A model generated the notes under the pieces. The model had not been told where the DNA came from and did no database searches. It saw nothing but the letters and a program-made list of their open reading frames with translations. Source: Camelus ferus (taxonomy: Eukaryota). Taken from it: a stretch of DNA of 64,000 nt. The position numbers and the translations under genes are program-made. The stretch is from NCBI RefSeq assembly GCF_009834535.1, contig NC_045696.1:8806001-8870000 (forward strand), in the 5' to 3' direction. Shown here in pieces: positions 38,872 to 53,070 of the stretch. Numbering within the stretch: position 1 is the first letter of the stretch; each line of letters begins with the position of its first letter.

Positions 38872-39253
38872 TGTTAGATTTCTCTTATTAGGGGACTCCT
38901 CGAGACAGCTGAGTGATGGAGAAAGTGAAAGTCTCTACGTGGGGCTGCAGCTGTTTGTTTACGGGTGGGTCAGCTGAGACTTAGCATCTCCAGGCAGGTG
39001 AAACGTGCTGGGCAGCAGGAAAGGTGACCTGTCGCACTGTGAGCATCATTTTGTGTGAGGGTGGAACTCACGCAAGCACAACTGACAGTGTGTCTCCACC
39101 CCGGTCGTCCTTTTGTGGGATCCTGGATACTCAGGGCTGTTTGTGTAATTGCTTCTTGTAAATGAGCTCCTACTCTCTGCAACACTTTACAGTAAACCAC
39201 TTTCCTTCGCCATCTGGTATCCAGTTGTTTTAACCGGGTTTCCAGGATTTGCA
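38872..39253 (+). mobile_element. Possible old solo LTR, family not identified
   Basis: TG...CA bounded ~380 bp with an agtaaa poly(A)-like signal ~55 nt before the end; family not recognised. Confidence 0.3.
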
Positions 39254-42200
39254 TCAGTCATTTACAAGAACCTTTTTAACCTTCACAAAATGAAATAATT
39301 GAAGTCTATCCTTTCAACTTCACATTTGTTGGCATAAGGCTTTGAAATCAAGGGATGGAGAGCCCGAAAGACAGATGAGAGTAAAAGAAAAGGCCCCAGC
39401 TCTTCTCCCTCTGAGGGGCTCAGAAATGCTGCCTTTGAGGCGAGGGGTTGTGAGGCTGGAATGGGTTATCACCTCTGTTACAGGCTTGTCCGCGTGGAAA
39501 AACTCTTGAGATGGTGAAATGGAGAGGCTGATAAGCTGGGAAAAGCAGTGTCCTTCCTTTGACCCACAGCTCAAAATCCTCTCTTGGCATAAATTGGTGT
39601 CTCCCTGCCTGTGCTCTGTGTTACTCACCCTTCCCTCCCTCCTGCTCAAGCCATGAGTTCCCTGCCTCACTCAGAGGGAGAGGAAAATGAAGAGAAATCC
39701 TGTGTTCTTTCTCTTCAGCATTGGAAGTGGAAGGGGCTTGGAGCTGCTGGATAAAGCGGGTGGACTTTACCTACAGTCTCCCAGCAGCCCAGAATGTAGA
39801 AGACTTTAGTTGCAGGTAAGATTATAGTTCAAAAGTGTTTGGCTCTTTGATCAGCTGACCAAATCTTTCCTTCCTCATTTCTAGTCCTAATCGCAACAGG
39901 TGACTCTGGAGGCCAAAACAGAAGCTTTAACTAAAAATAAATTCTCCACCTTTCCTGAGAAAGGCTTTTCCGAGGTGCCTGTTACTTAAATCTGAATCCC
40001 ATGATCACCTGCTAGCACTCTGGGCAGCAGCTGAGATTCATTTCTGACTCAGACCAACCCCAGCTGACTTGGGTTATCCTGATCATTTTCTGATTAATAA
40101 TCCTCATGCTCCCTTCCCTAAATACCTTAGTCTGCAAGTGATTCTTTTTAATCCATCAGAAAGGTCTTCATGAGAGTTTCAAACGCTTTGCTAAGGAAAG
40201 GTTCCCAGTCTCATTTGTCTTGTCTTTCACTTTTTGGCTCCTGACTGTCAATGAGAACTCTATCTTTTGGGTGAAAGCACGGAACAAATGCACCAGAGAA
40301 AGAACAATCGATGGGTTCTGAATAATCCAGATCCTTACAGCCCATCTCAACCAGGCTACATACCCAAAAGATCTCCCCACATCTCCATGAGGAGATATGC
40401 AGGGTTATTTGAGGACCAGTGGAAACACACATCCTCCTGCAGGAGAACTGAGCAGAGATGGAGTTATTCCCTCTGTCCTTTGAGAAATTATAACTATACT
40501 GTCCAGGAAGACTTCCTAAGCATCCACTCTGCATGCTCTTTTCGCTTTGTGACAGCTGTCTTCCTTACTGCTCACTTCCTCCGCAGGTTCCCAACCCTCT
40601 CCTCTCCCCACCTCCTCGATGGTTCTCCCTACCGACCGCCCAGACCCACCCTGCCCCTCCTCTTCTTTCTCTGCAGCAGCCCCCTCCCCACTTCCATGAC
40701 AAAGTTCTGACAAATGGCCCGGCAGAGCAAGGACCCACCTCCTCAGAAGGCTACACTAAGGATAGCAATGCAGATACTTGCAACTGCCTCTTCTCTGACT
40801 CAGCAGATGTGAAAAGGAGGAATAGAAAGATCCGCCTACTCTGAGGAGGATGTAGCCCCGTGGGCTGGTCCCACAGCTTTCAGGGAGCATCTGGTCCTGT
40901 CCTCACGTATCTGAGACTTTAGTTTTGGATTTCCCCTGAGGTTGCCCAGTGCCTTCATGGGCTGCTTGTTAACTGCTTTCTAAGAGGGGAGAGATGAGGA
41001 CCAGCTTCCTAGAAAACCCTGGTGTTCAATTTGTTTCTTGGTTCTCAATTTCTTTCCTCATTTTACTCATTTTCCTGGCTTCTTTAAACCACACAAGAAA
41101 GTATACCTTTGCCCCCAAAGAGAAATGTCAGCATGTGAAATGTTGGTAGATTTGAGTGAGAGTTTTCCTTGTTGCTGTTCTCTGTCAACACAATCCAACA
41201 ATATTTCACTTGCAGGATTTCCTAACAGTGTTTTCTAAACCAGGAAGGCAGAGACTGGTTCTTAAGTTTGAAACCCTGGCCATCCATGGATGGGGTCCTC
41301 CTGAGGGTTAAACTCTGCAAGATTTTATTCTGAAGAAAACGCAGGGTTCCTGGAGGAAGTGGATCCTATTGCTGAAGCCAGGATGGGGGAGACCCACCCA
41401 AGAGGACTGGGTCTCTGTCTGCTGTTTAAGCTGATGGTCACTGCCAGGGGTATTGACTGTCACCCACACTAGCTCCCAAACCCTCAGACCAGTCTGTGGT
41501 GTTGGCTATGGGGTCCTCCAGAAAGGGTCCGTAGCTTTCGTCAGCTCAGCGAAGGGGTCTATCAAAACTACAGCGCCAAAGAGCTTCCTGAGTTCTCAGT
41601 TTGATGCGCACCATCAGAAAGCGGCATCAGAGCAAGCTAGTATTAACAACGCTGATGACAAAGGCTGGTTTAGGAAAACTTTCTGTTTAAGGAGCACGCT
41701 GGGAGACTTGACAGTATATTCATCTGGCACTTTTATTGGCTGCAATGTCTTTATTCCACCAAGCACCAAGTGTGTTAGAGCCACTCACTTATTTGAGGAA
41801 ACGGTTTTCAGTGGGGGTGCTTGGCGGACCGCCCGCTGGGGCACCTTCCTGTGTTAGCCTGGGCATGATTCCCCTCTGCGCAGGGAGTAGATCTGACATG
41901 AATTGGGGCCTGTGCTGAAGCCCACGTCCAGTGTAAGCAGAGCAGGCCTGGAGCTTGACTGCTCGGTGTTCCAAGTCAACGTTCTGCTGAGAAATATTAA
42001 GTGTAACTGAATATTACAGGGAACACACTGTTCCTGCCCTATTTCCAGGGCATCTGATCAATGGGAAAAATGAGAAGTAGAAATAAACAGAAGGGACAGA
42101 GAACTGAGCAGGCAATTGGGCTCAAAGGAAAACAGAGTGAAGCAGAGGAAATCATTTTCAAAGTAAATACAGATAAACGGGGAACGAACGGGCGATGCTC

Positions 42201-42654
42201 TGCAGAGAAGAAACGTCTGACTGTCCTGCTCTGGGTCGGTGACAAGCCAGGAAGCGTGGCGGGGCCGTGCCGAGCTGCTTTCCTCGGGGTTCTGCTCTCT
42301 CAATAAGTCCTGCTGTCAGAGGCGATGCCAGGAACAGGCGAGATGCAGTGCAGTCAGGGGAAGGAGGTCCAGCTTCCAGGAGAAAACAGCCCAGCAGAGC
42401 AGGAGCTGGTGAGCTGGCTGCCAGCAGACCAGGCAGCCGAGGGGCCCTGCAGGATTCTACTGGGAAGAAAACGCTCAGTTCACGGAGGAATTGGACCCTT
42501 TCGTCAAAGCAAAAGTGGAGAAGATCTGTGAAGAGGACTGGGTCCCCTTGGGGACTCTGATGTTTAAGCCAACAGCCTCTGCCTTGGGAGAGTCACCACG
42601 GTAGCTCCGGAGCGCTCAGACTGGTGTGTGATGCAGGCTGTGCGTGGAGGTCGT

Positions 42655-42865
42655 GGTGCCCACTCTGTAGAGCAGGCGACCCCTGTTTTTGGAGCTGCCC
42701 CATGCTTTGTAGTTGCTGTAGAGCATCTCTGGCCTCCACTCATTAGATGCTGGTCCCCTCCCCAGATGCTGGTCCCCTCCCCGCAGCTGGAACAACCAAA
42801 AGTATCTTCCGACATGGCCCGCTGTCCCCTGGGGGGCACAATCGCCCCTTGGTTGGGAACCACTG
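42655..42865 (-). mobile_element. MER20 hAT-Charlie element with an internal 19-bp tandem duplication
   Basis: 'ctggcctccactcattagatgc...acaaccaaaa...gacatggcc...gtcccctggggggca...ggttgggaaccactg'; agatgctggtcccctcccc twice at 42745-42782. Confidence 0.85.
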
Positions 42866-45800
42866 TTACACTGGAAGATCTAAGATCCAGAAAGTCAACG
42901 TGGCGCATCTGGGTTTGCATGAGAGGCCAGTGCCGTCAGGCCCGGAACCGCATTCCAGCCTCTTCTGTGACTGCAGGGTCAGCTGAAGCAGGACAGCCGT
43001 GGAGATGTCGGGTTCTGGGTTCACTCCTGGACCCTGCACTTGACCTACTGCCTCTGTGAGCGCAGCCACATGCCCGCATTCCATCGTGCCTCAGTGTCTT
43101 CATCTGCTGAACGGCTCTGATGACAGCAACACCCACCTGGCAGGGTAACGGGCCAGCGGAGCAGGCCAGGCCAGGCAGAGGCCATATGCAGTCTCGCTAC
43201 GCAGTGAGTCTGCAGTGAAGCTGCTCTTGGCCCCGCTCCACGATCTGCTGCCTACTCTGATAAACTGCTTTTACTTTCCTTTGCTTCTGTGGTTCCCTCT
43301 ATCTGGAATAGCCTTCCAGCAGCTTCGTACGACTGACTCCTTCCTGTGCCCTTCGAGACACAGTTTAAGTGTCACTCCCACAAAGCAGGCTGTGGGTTCC
43401 CACAGCAGCCCCAAAGCACTGGGCTTACCACGTTCTATGGGTTGAACTGCCCATGTTTTTTCTGTCTTAACTAGATCTGGGCTGAGGAAGTAGGTCAGGG
43501 ACTCTGTGTAGTTAACTCGCACGCCCCTGCGGCACTCAGTGAGGGAGCAGGACTTCACCTGGTAGAAACAGGGATGGTGGGCAGCCTGCTGGGTGGAGAG
43601 GAGAAATGGTCAAGACCTCAGAGAGCAAGGAGGATGCTTAGAGAATGCCCGGGGCCTGGCTGGAAGGCGTGATCGCCAGGATGGGGCCCCTACAAGACAC
43701 TCCACGTGACAGCTTTGCACTCAGTCTGCTGGGCAATGCGGAGCTCCCATATGCCTTTGGTGAGGGCTCGGGGGATGGGCTGGGGGTGACTTGATGGGAA
43801 CCACACCTGGGAGGATTACGCTGGCAGTGGTTTGCAGTATAAAATGGACTAGACAAGGTCTGGAGGCAGGAAAACATTAGCCAAGCAATTTAAATAACTG
43901 GCAGAGAGGTCAGGGGACCCAACACCACAAACGCAAGGTCTCCCAGCTAAGGAAAGCGTTAACATGAGGAGGATGGTGACAAAGACCCATCACTGGTTGT
44001 CTCGGGGAGATGAGAGGGAAATGGTATGAGTATTGGGGGGAATTTGAAGGTGGCTCTGCCAGTGAGGACTGTTACATAGGGAAGTTCTGGAGTCTTCTTT
44101 AGAGATTTGTAAAAAAAATAGATATGCCCCCTCCACTGGCCCAGGCAGGGGTAATTAAGTGTCTTGAGTGAACTTAGGTTAACAGGACCCACGGCAAGGG
44201 GAGGACGGGAAGGTTGGTAGAGATAGGACATGTGTTCTTATGTCTTTCTTCTGGGAAACAAAATCCTTTCTCACAATATGAATCAGAAATCCCAAGTAAC
44301 GTCTCAAAGAAACACGGAGCCGAGCAACCTCGTAAGGGCTGTCTGAGGATTGAGTGGAGAAGCCAGACTCAACTCGAGAACAAAGAACAGCACCAGGGAC
44401 GGAGCACTCTGAATTCTCTGGAAAGAAGAGGGTTTAAACACCTGCCTGTGTAGCTCTCTGCAGCTGTGAAACTTACACGCATCCCAGAGCTAAGAGTGCA
44501 GCCCGCCTCCTTCCAGACATCGCAGTTAAAGGCTAACTCAGGCTGTAAATGGACCTCTCCTGGGGCACGGACATGTCTTCATCTTTGAGTCTCGTATAAA
44601 TATTTGGAAAATCAAAGAAGGAATTTGAAGTCCCCTTACCTGGTCTGGTGTGAGAAGCCTAGGTCTGGGGCTGCGACTGGCAGCCTTCTCTGGGTAGCAC
44701 AGTGCTGCTCAGAAGGGATGGAGGGGTTGCCATCCAAGATGTAGCCTCTGGCATTCTCAAGGAGTAAGGAGATCTGGGAAGCACCTAAAGAAAGAACACA
44801 GAAGCAGATCTCAGCTGGAAAGTCAGTGCTCACTGGGTTCTCGTCCCCTCCCCTCTCCTCTCTGTCTCTGGCCGCCGTGGTCTGGCCAGCCAGGAGCCTG
44901 GAGTGATCTCCATGGACTCTTGCAGGCAGAGAGCAGATGAGCTGCTGGACTGGGCTAGGCCCTCTGCCCTCACCTGGGCTTTCAGAAAGGGAGCTGGTGC
45001 CCTGAATTATTGATGCCTGCCTAAGTAAACGGTTGCAGAAAATGAGAGGAACCCCCCTCCCCTCCCATCACCATAAGGAAAAGAGGAGGAGGGAAGCAGT
45101 TCTTTCGGGGCTGCTTGAAACAGGAGAATCCTCATGGAGGGCCTGGACCACAGCATCCCACTCACGGAACCTCCTTTCCCGCTTCTCACCATAGAGACCC
45201 TCTCATTTTCACTAATGAATTAAGACTCTGACTAATGGGCTGGAAGACACCACCAATGAAGACACTGCAAGCTAACGCAAAAATAGACATGATGCTAATA
45301 TTTGCAAATGAAATGCATTTTAGAAAAACCCTTCAAGAGAGAAAAGAAAGAAGGAAGAGGAGGAATAACCCAAACCTTCCTTACCCTGCCAGCTCACGTG
45401 AGCAAGGGAAGGAGCCCTTCATGAGGATCCCTGACAGACAGAATGAGGGCTCTGGGGCAGGATGAAGGAAGGCAGTAAAGACAGAATGATATGACTCTAA
45501 GTGGTGGCAGGTGACGAGTAAGATGGAAAACATTTGATTGTATTTATTATTACATTTTCACTGATTGGCCACCCTCTTTTCACATCTAAATTGGACCAGG
45601 GTGGGCAGTAAAAATGCCAGACCACCTTCACAAGGATGGTGTGGTCTACCTCTCCGGGGACTCCCGGACTTCAGAGCGAGCTGCCACCACGGGACTCGTC
45701 CCTTCCCAGTGAGCCCATCAGACGGCTCAGGACTCATGGGGTTATTTGTGCCTTTGACCAGCGTGTCCAGAGAGCCTACTGGGTGCCAAGTGCCCACTGC

Positions 45801-47299
45801 CCTGCCTGTGTTCAGATGAATAAAGTGTGTTTAAGGCATTCGCAGCCTAGTCACAGCAGCGATTGCGAATGCGTGACGGTTGGCTTAAGCACCTCCATTT
45901 ACTTTCAGTAACAGGAGTTAATTGAACACAGTTCGTGCTTCCCCATGGTGCTTACCAAGCCTTTGGAGATTTCAGACCATTGTTGCTGCCAAGTGCTGCC
46001 CACCAGGGACAGATACTATGTTTAAAAGAATAGTTTTGTATTCTCTCCATAGAGTTGGTTAGGAAATGATATTCAAGGAAGTGGGATTATGCAAATAAGA
46101 AGATGTTAATCAAAAAGAAAGACGTAAATCAGCAAAGACAGATACAGTCGATCATTTGTTCCTTCAACAGATAATGTTGAGCACTTCCATCTAAGATGCT
46201 GGACCGGGTGCTACCCCTGGACTAGGGGACAGGAAGGTGTTTAAGAGGCACCCACAGCATCCAGTGGTTCTTGAAACAGAGGGAAGACCAAACTCAGAAA
46301 ACAATCCAGCTTGCTGAACACTGCACATGCAAATGATTCAGGTAGTCAGTGCTGTCATGTTCCCCAGCAATAAAGGGGAAAGTCACCAATGGGCAGGCAC
46401 ACATCTGAGGTCTTGAAGGATAGGAGGAATTTCAAAAGCAAAAACATAAGAGAAGAGCATCCCAACGTGAGAATGGCAACTGGGGGTGATGACGGGGAGC
46501 AGAGCAAGGAGAGTGGTCTGAACAGCCTTGGGAAAAGTCCAATTGGACTGACACCCAGCAGGTGTGCCCGCATCTCCGTGCCCCAGGTCCTCAAAGAGGC
46601 CCAGAAACTTCTTAAAACCCCCACTCGCATCTCTCCCCCACCTGCTGATTCTGGTCCAGTCTCTGCGATCTTCTTTCTGCTCTTTGCACAAGCTCACATC
46701 CCCATTAAGGGTTTCAGACTCCATTTGCCAGGAATGGCTTGCGTCCGCCCCTTTGAGTACCTGGTTTCCTTCTCATCTAGATAGCCGACAACTACTTAGT
46801 GGTGCTCTTAGCTACCACCAATGGGGCAGATTCTGGGGATACAGGTGCAGGGAGCTTCTGGTCGTAGCTGGAATGCCACCTCCGCGGAGAAACCAGAGAA
46901 ACGTGAGGCAGCTGCTTCCGCCTCTTCCGCCGTGCGCGTTTCCTTCACGGGGCTTCTCACCTGCTGTAACTACTGGGGCTTCTACTTGCTTGTTTGTTGG
47001 CCGTCTTCCCTGTTGGAGAGTGGGCTCTGCAAGGGCAGGGACTCCGTCTTCGCTTTTGTCCTCAGCATCTTTCAGAGCACTGGGCGCTTCAGAGGCCCAC
47101 GTTCAGGATGTGGACTGAATGAATGAATAACGAGGAACAAGGCCTGGAGAGGTTGACTAGGACCGTATTTTGGAGAGCTCTACTTCAGGGAAAATCTTGA
47201 CCCTATTCACTTACGTGCTGGGCTCGCTCTAGATGCCCGAGGTCACAGTCAGTAATAAGACGGGGAAGAACCCGGTATCCTGGGGCTTACATCTTAGAA

Positions 47300-47502
47300 A
47301 AGCGTTGTCCAGCAGAACGTCCTGAGATGCTGGGCGTGGTTTACACCTGCTCTGTCCAATATGGTAGCCATTAGCTCTCTGTGGCTATTGAGCCCTTGAA
47401 ATGTGACTGGTGGCACTGAGGAACTGGATTTAACTTTTAGGGTTAGTTAATGTAAATCTAACTGCCACATGCAGCCAGGGGCTGCTGTACTGGACAGCAT
47501 CG
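47300..47502 (+). mobile_element. MER3 hAT-Charlie element
   Basis: 'agcgttgtccagcagaac...ctgtccaatatggtagccattagc...gtggctattgagc...ttgaaatgtgact...actgaggaact...tactggacagca'. Confidence 0.85.
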
Positions 47503-49879
47503 TTCAAGAAGGCTGCCGCCACTTCCTGATTAGATGGGCCTCAGTGTCTTCGCTGCAAAAGCAGTAGAAGTCTTATTCTTACTGAGTCTCATCGCTAAGC
47601 CTCCTTAGCCTCACAGCTAGCATAAGAAATAGCCTTGCTTTGGATTAACTGCCGCCTCTTTGGGCAAATGCCAGTTCTTTCAAGGTTTATCTTCTAACGC
47701 CTCCCCTGATCCCCTCCAGCCAACCAAGCTTTCCTTTCTAAGGTGGTGCTGGACACAGCCTATAGGAAATGGCCCACAGGATAGCCTACCTGTTGTCACA
47801 GTAGCAGTGAGGTGAGAGCCTCACATCTGGATATAGGTCCTTCTCCTCTTATCTGGACCCTCTTGACTCCTTGGAGATGTCCTTATCCTGCCCGGTCACG
47901 AGATGCCCCACTGACACTAGTTGCTGACTTCCATGGCTCACAAAGCCCATAACCAGGGTCCAGGCATGAACAAGATTCAGCGACCTTTCCTGGAAACCCC
48001 TGGATTTCCCTAGCACTGCAGACCCCCTTTCCTCAGCCCCACCACCATCAGGACCTTGCCTGGGAGCATTTCACCCATAGGTTGCCATCGCCTTAACGTG
48101 GCGGCCTCTCCGAGTCCCCAGCTGGATCATTGGTACATGACGCAGGAACCAAGAGTCACGTGGAAGCCCTGTCTACCCCAGGCCTTAGAGTTAGACCTTT
48201 GTGCCTCTTCTGCTTACTGTCCTGCATTTACACCCTGTGTGGGGTGATGGGGACACAGGTCGGTTTGTGCCCTGAGCAAATTCCCACCTGCCCCACTGTG
48301 TATTCCTTCAGGAGGCCAGGCGCTCCAGGCTTTCACTCGAGAGCACACCCCTCCTCCACGCCAGGGGGGTTCACGAGTGTCATGACTACTGGCCAAGGGT
48401 TGGAGTGTCTGCAGGGCACAGTTCACACGAGTCTCAGCAACTCTCAAGGCATGGGTGAGCCTCACTCCTGCCGGGAAGACACACCAGCCGTGCAGCCCGT
48501 TCCCATCAGACAGGGCTCCCCAGCAGTGACGCTGTGCAGTGTGGCCCTCACACTTGGTGCAGTGCCCTGAGCAGCCTGCGGGCACTGGCTGGATTTCCAC
48601 ATGGGTTTCTGCTGTGTGACGCAACTGATGTCCCTCAAAGACAATTTTATAGTAAGACTTGTTAATTAACTTGCTTGGAATCACCTATTAAATATCCTTG
48701 CAGGCTCTTAGCTCTGCTAGAATTTGTTTCTTAAAGCCCATGAACTTGGAGGAAAGCAGGAATGGGTTTTCTGTAACAACACTTGTTCCACAAACTCCAG
48801 TAACTGAAGGAAGAGCAGGACAGGAGTGGTCCAGACCACCAAAGACACAGAAGGACATCTTCTATAGTGTCTTGTGTCATGAAGTGACCAGAGACCAAGA
48901 GCATTGCACAGAGAGGTCAAGGAAGCTGAGGACCACCTGGGATAATCCCAGGGTGAGGAGAAATCAGTCAAGGGTAAGAGGATCACCTACAGTCCTGGGG
49001 CTGCAGCAGTCAAGATGCATTTGGAGCATGGGGGCTCACTTAGTAAGCTGAGCAGTAGGCTGTATCACCATGTGTCCTGTCATCATCCCAGACTGGGAGA
49101 CACCCCAGATTCCATCTCATCTACATCTCACCTCCTCCCTTTGACGTAGGCGTCTCTGAGTCATCTGGGTTGATAAGATAACCAAATGTCCTCCTAGGAA
49201 GTTAGCAGCAGATGGTTGCCAATATTGTTGGTTCTGCTAAATTTCAAAATGTGGGGGGGTGGGCAGCAGGAACCAGTCCATTCTGAAAACTGGCATTCCC
49301 AAGGCCCTCCAGCAGCGCTGCCCTTTTTGATGTCCTTGCTTCTTTCGGCCCATCAGCCCTTTGCCAATTCTGTACACTGAGCATCCATCCCTAACTGCAT
49401 CCCAGGCACAGGGTCTCAGAGCAGAGCCCTGGGTCTAAAGCCCGAGACCCCGAGGACTGCTTCGGGCTGCCACATCTGCAGCCTTACGGAGCCGTTCTCA
49501 CCCCTGGGATGCACTGCTCCTCTGGGCTCTGGAAGGGGCGCATACACGAGCTGGACCAGCTCTCATTTTCTTATACGCCCATGTGCAGAAGTGCTGTTCA
49601 CAATGCCCCCACTCCATCCCTAGCTGTGCTCCTCTGAGACAGGCTGTTAGCAGCAGAACTGGAGTTCTGCTTGGCCCAGAAATAAGCCCCTGACCCGACA
49701 TCCCATCCAAAGTCAGCTCCTCCACAAAGTGGCAAAGCTAAAGCAAAAGCAGCAGACAAACCAATGGCTGTTGATTCTTGCACCGTGCTGGCATCTTTTA
49801 CAGGATGAGAGTTGAGGGAATCTTCCGGAATGCTCCCAAACAATCTGAGAGCTGGAGACTTCTGTGGTTACGGGAAAAC

Positions 49880-50060
49880 TCTGAAGTCACACAGGACAGG
49901 ATGCACACCCAGCTTTGCTGAGCCCCCAGTCTCTTCGAGCCTCTGCTTTCTCATCTGTAAAGCAGCAATGATAACGTCTCCATCCTGGGGCTCTGGTGAG
50001 GACGTGCACCTCTTGGTAAAGTCCCCACTCATGGGAAGCACTAACAAATGGGCACTGTGG
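49880..50060 (+). mobile_element. MIR SINE
   Basis: 'gagcctctgctttctcatctgtaaagcagcaatgataac' MIR core. Confidence 0.7.
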
Positions 50061-51499
50061 CTAGTTTGCCAGCAAGCTTGCCCCTCTCGGCCCCCTGGGA
50101 CTACCTGAAGGCTGTAGAAGGCCTGGCCCAGGGCTCCCCTTCCTTGGCACTCTGTACCACAAGTTACCAGGAAAGCAGCTGAAAACAGCAAATGACACCC
50201 CACGAACCACCTCCAAATGGAAGTGTGGTAGCTGGGATTTCCTAAACCACTAGGTCCCCAGGCTCTCGGCTGTCTTCCATCTGCCCCTCAATTGCTGAAG
50301 TGGTGGAACCCTCCCAATGCAGATTTCTCACTGGTTTTGGGGGCATGTGAAGGGTCTACGGCTCTCGGTCATGGCCAGTGACTTTAGACCTTCTGAAAGC
50401 CCTGCCCTCCTGGGCTGTGTCTTAGTTTCCTGGTTTCGTTTCACATCTGCCTATCATACTGATGGCTTCGATCTAAGAGAAGGCAGAGACCCTCAGTCGT
50501 TTTTAAGAGATGCTACTTTCATATTCTTTTTCACTCAATGTCAACCCCCCCCCCCCCTTTGTCCCTTTCTACATATCAGAGAGGTATTTCTGGAGAAATG
50601 CCCCTGGAATCTCTCTCCCTCTTCAGTTTGTGGCTTTTCCCCCTCTCTGCTGTTGCCTCTGACATTCCCACTTGTGAGAAGCTAAGGAGAGGCTGTCGAA
50701 TTTTATATGAACAATTTCATTGCAGCCTTTTTATCCTTGATCTCATCCTTGGTTATCTGGCACCAGGAATGCCACGGAAATTACTTAATGAAAATGACAG
50801 TTAGTTGATGTCACTGAAAGGGAGAGCTAAGTGAGATGGGAAACAACAGCTCATACTCTTCTGAGAGATAAACAGCTCCTGCTGATTGGCCCCAAATGTG
50901 GCAAAGCAATTCAGCCAGGGAGTTGGAGGAGATTCCAACTGAGAGTGAAAGTATAAAGTAATTCAACTGGGGAGCTTGAAAGTAAGCCCAGGGGATGCCC
51001 GCATGCCGAAGCTTAAAACACAGCATAGTTCAGCATTAAGACAACATCACCACGTTGCAAACACTCTGCATGAGTCGTATTACCTAGAAGTAATGAGATG
51101 AGTGTCTTACAAAATGTTCTCATCTAAGAGTCAAGGCCAGCAGGAAATTGCCAACATTTCAATCAAACAGAATGCCTTGTGCCTGAGTCAGTTGCACAGC
51201 ATGCAACTAAAACTTGATGAGAGATAGTATAGAAATAAATTTTGCCACATCAGCTTAGAATTACTATGTCTTCATAACTAAGATAAAATTCCCAAGGATA
51301 AAAATGTCCAGTATAGTCTTCATTATGGTAGATAACCAAAGAGACCATTCTTCCATTAAATAGACACTTAAAAAAAAAAAAATTGAGGGGCACGTTGTAA
51401 AAATAAGGGAGTCATAAAATAAAATGTAAAGTGTAGGTTGCACTAACACTTCTCCCAGTGAGTTAAATGAGTGTGTCTAATCTCACTAACGTTCCTAAG

Positions 51500-52270
51500 G
51501 ACACCTTTCAGTGTTTCTCCCCTCTATGAAAACGGACCAGCGTTGTGTGAAGTGGCTCCACCCCTTAGCCACAGCTGATTGGCCCAGCCTGAACCAATCA
51601 TCTTCTCTGATGGTCTCTAGGGTTACCTGAGGTGGTGGCTCTGGACTAGGTGCCAGGAGAAGCAGAGAAAGCAAATCTGCAAGAAGAAAAAAATGAATGG
51701 AGAGCATCAGAAAGGACCAGATATAAGATTCCAAACACCACTAGAGAGATGGTAGGAGTAACGTGTGTAGTTAGCTGTATAGTTCATGCTTCTGACTCTC
51801 ACAAAGCCTGGCCATAACTCCTCCTGGGATCTGTGAGATACTTCCATATACTTCCAGTTATACTGCCTGAATCTTTGATAATTCAAGTGAGTTTCTGTCC
51901 TTTCAGAAAAAAAAAAAAATAACCAAGAAAATTTCCTTTGAGATTCCCCTCCCCACCATCTCAGGGATTTAACATAGTAACAATGTATTTCTTGCTCACA
52001 CAACATGTTGTGGATTCTCAGTGAGTGGCCTTCTACGTGGTCACACCAGGACCCAGTCCCCTTCCAGCTTGTGAGTCACCATCTTTTAGGATCTCCTGGT
52101 CCTTGTCAGGATTTCAGTATCCAGCTGGTAGAACAAGAAGGAGAGCATTGTGAAGGGTCATGGAGAAGTTTTTAAGGGTCAGCCCTATAGATAGCCTGTA
52201 TCACTTCTGTCCACATTCTTTCAGCCAGAACTCAGTCACATGGTCCCACCTAACTACGTAGGAGAAAGAA
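51500..52270. mobile_element. Two old MLT1 LTRs tail-to-tail (+ ~51500-51930; - ~51955-52270)
   Basis: 'cacagctgattggccc...aaccaatca...gtgagtttctgtc'; then 'atttcttgctcac...atcacttctgtccacatt...gccagaactcagtcacatgg'. Confidence 0.6.
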
Positions 52271-52559
52271 CAACAAATATTTTAGATTTAATGATAATTC
52301 TTAAAACAATAACTGTTGTAATAATAATTGTATTAGCTGATAGTTTTTGAGACTTTCCATTTGCCAGGCACTGTATTAAGTCATTTTTAACCCTACTTAT
52401 ATCTCATAACAAAGGTTTAAAGCACATAAACTACTTTCCCCAAAACACAAGACTTTAAGTGACTGGTGGTCAGAGTCCAGAAACAGTACCCAAACTTGAA
52501 AGTAAACTATGTATTGGGGGCAAGAAATCCATACTAGCCTCCCTGAGAATGAGGGACCG

Positions 52560-53070
52560 CGTGGGGAGAGGGGACTAGCTGACCACCAAAACCAACCATC
52601 AGACATGTGAACGAGGGCACCTCATCTATGATATTCTGCTCAAGACCCATAACCTCAGTCTAACCATGAAAGAAACATTAGGTGGACCAAATAGAAGGAA
52701 GCTCTACAAAACCCTTGGCCAGTGTTCCTCAAAACCATCAAGGTCATGAACAACTAGGAATGGCTGAGAAAGTAACAGAGCAGAAGAGACTAAGAGGAGA
52801 GGATGAACAAATGTCATGTAGGGTGGGAGCCTGGGACAGAAAGACGGTTTAAGGGAACACTAAGAGAAATCCAAAGAAAATGTAGAGTTCAGTTCATAGC
52901 AAATGTGTTAAATTTGGGTTGGAACAAATGTATCATGGCTACTCCTGACGTTAACTACAGGAGGAAACAGATGACGGCTATACGGAAACTCTCTGTACTT
53001 TCTTTGCAACTTTTTGATCAGTCTAAAACCATTTTAAAATAGAAAGTTCATGTATATATATTTAAAGAGC
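52560..53070 (+). mobile_element. L1MC-type 3' UTR fragment
   Basis: 'ataacctcagtctaaccatga...tcctcaaaaccatcaaggtcatgaa...aactctctgtactttctttgcaacttttt'. Confidence 0.75.

Noticed and set aside
40267..40844. 147-aa and 103-aa ORFs
   Set aside because: The 147-aa ORF starts at TTG; both extend through a pyrimidine-rich low-complexity tract; no recognisable homology
46389..47126. Longest ORFs in the track (131, 184 and 101 aa, overlapping)
   Set aside because: They overlap in several frames in GC-rich sequence, run into an L2 fragment, have low-complexity composition and show no recognisable domain
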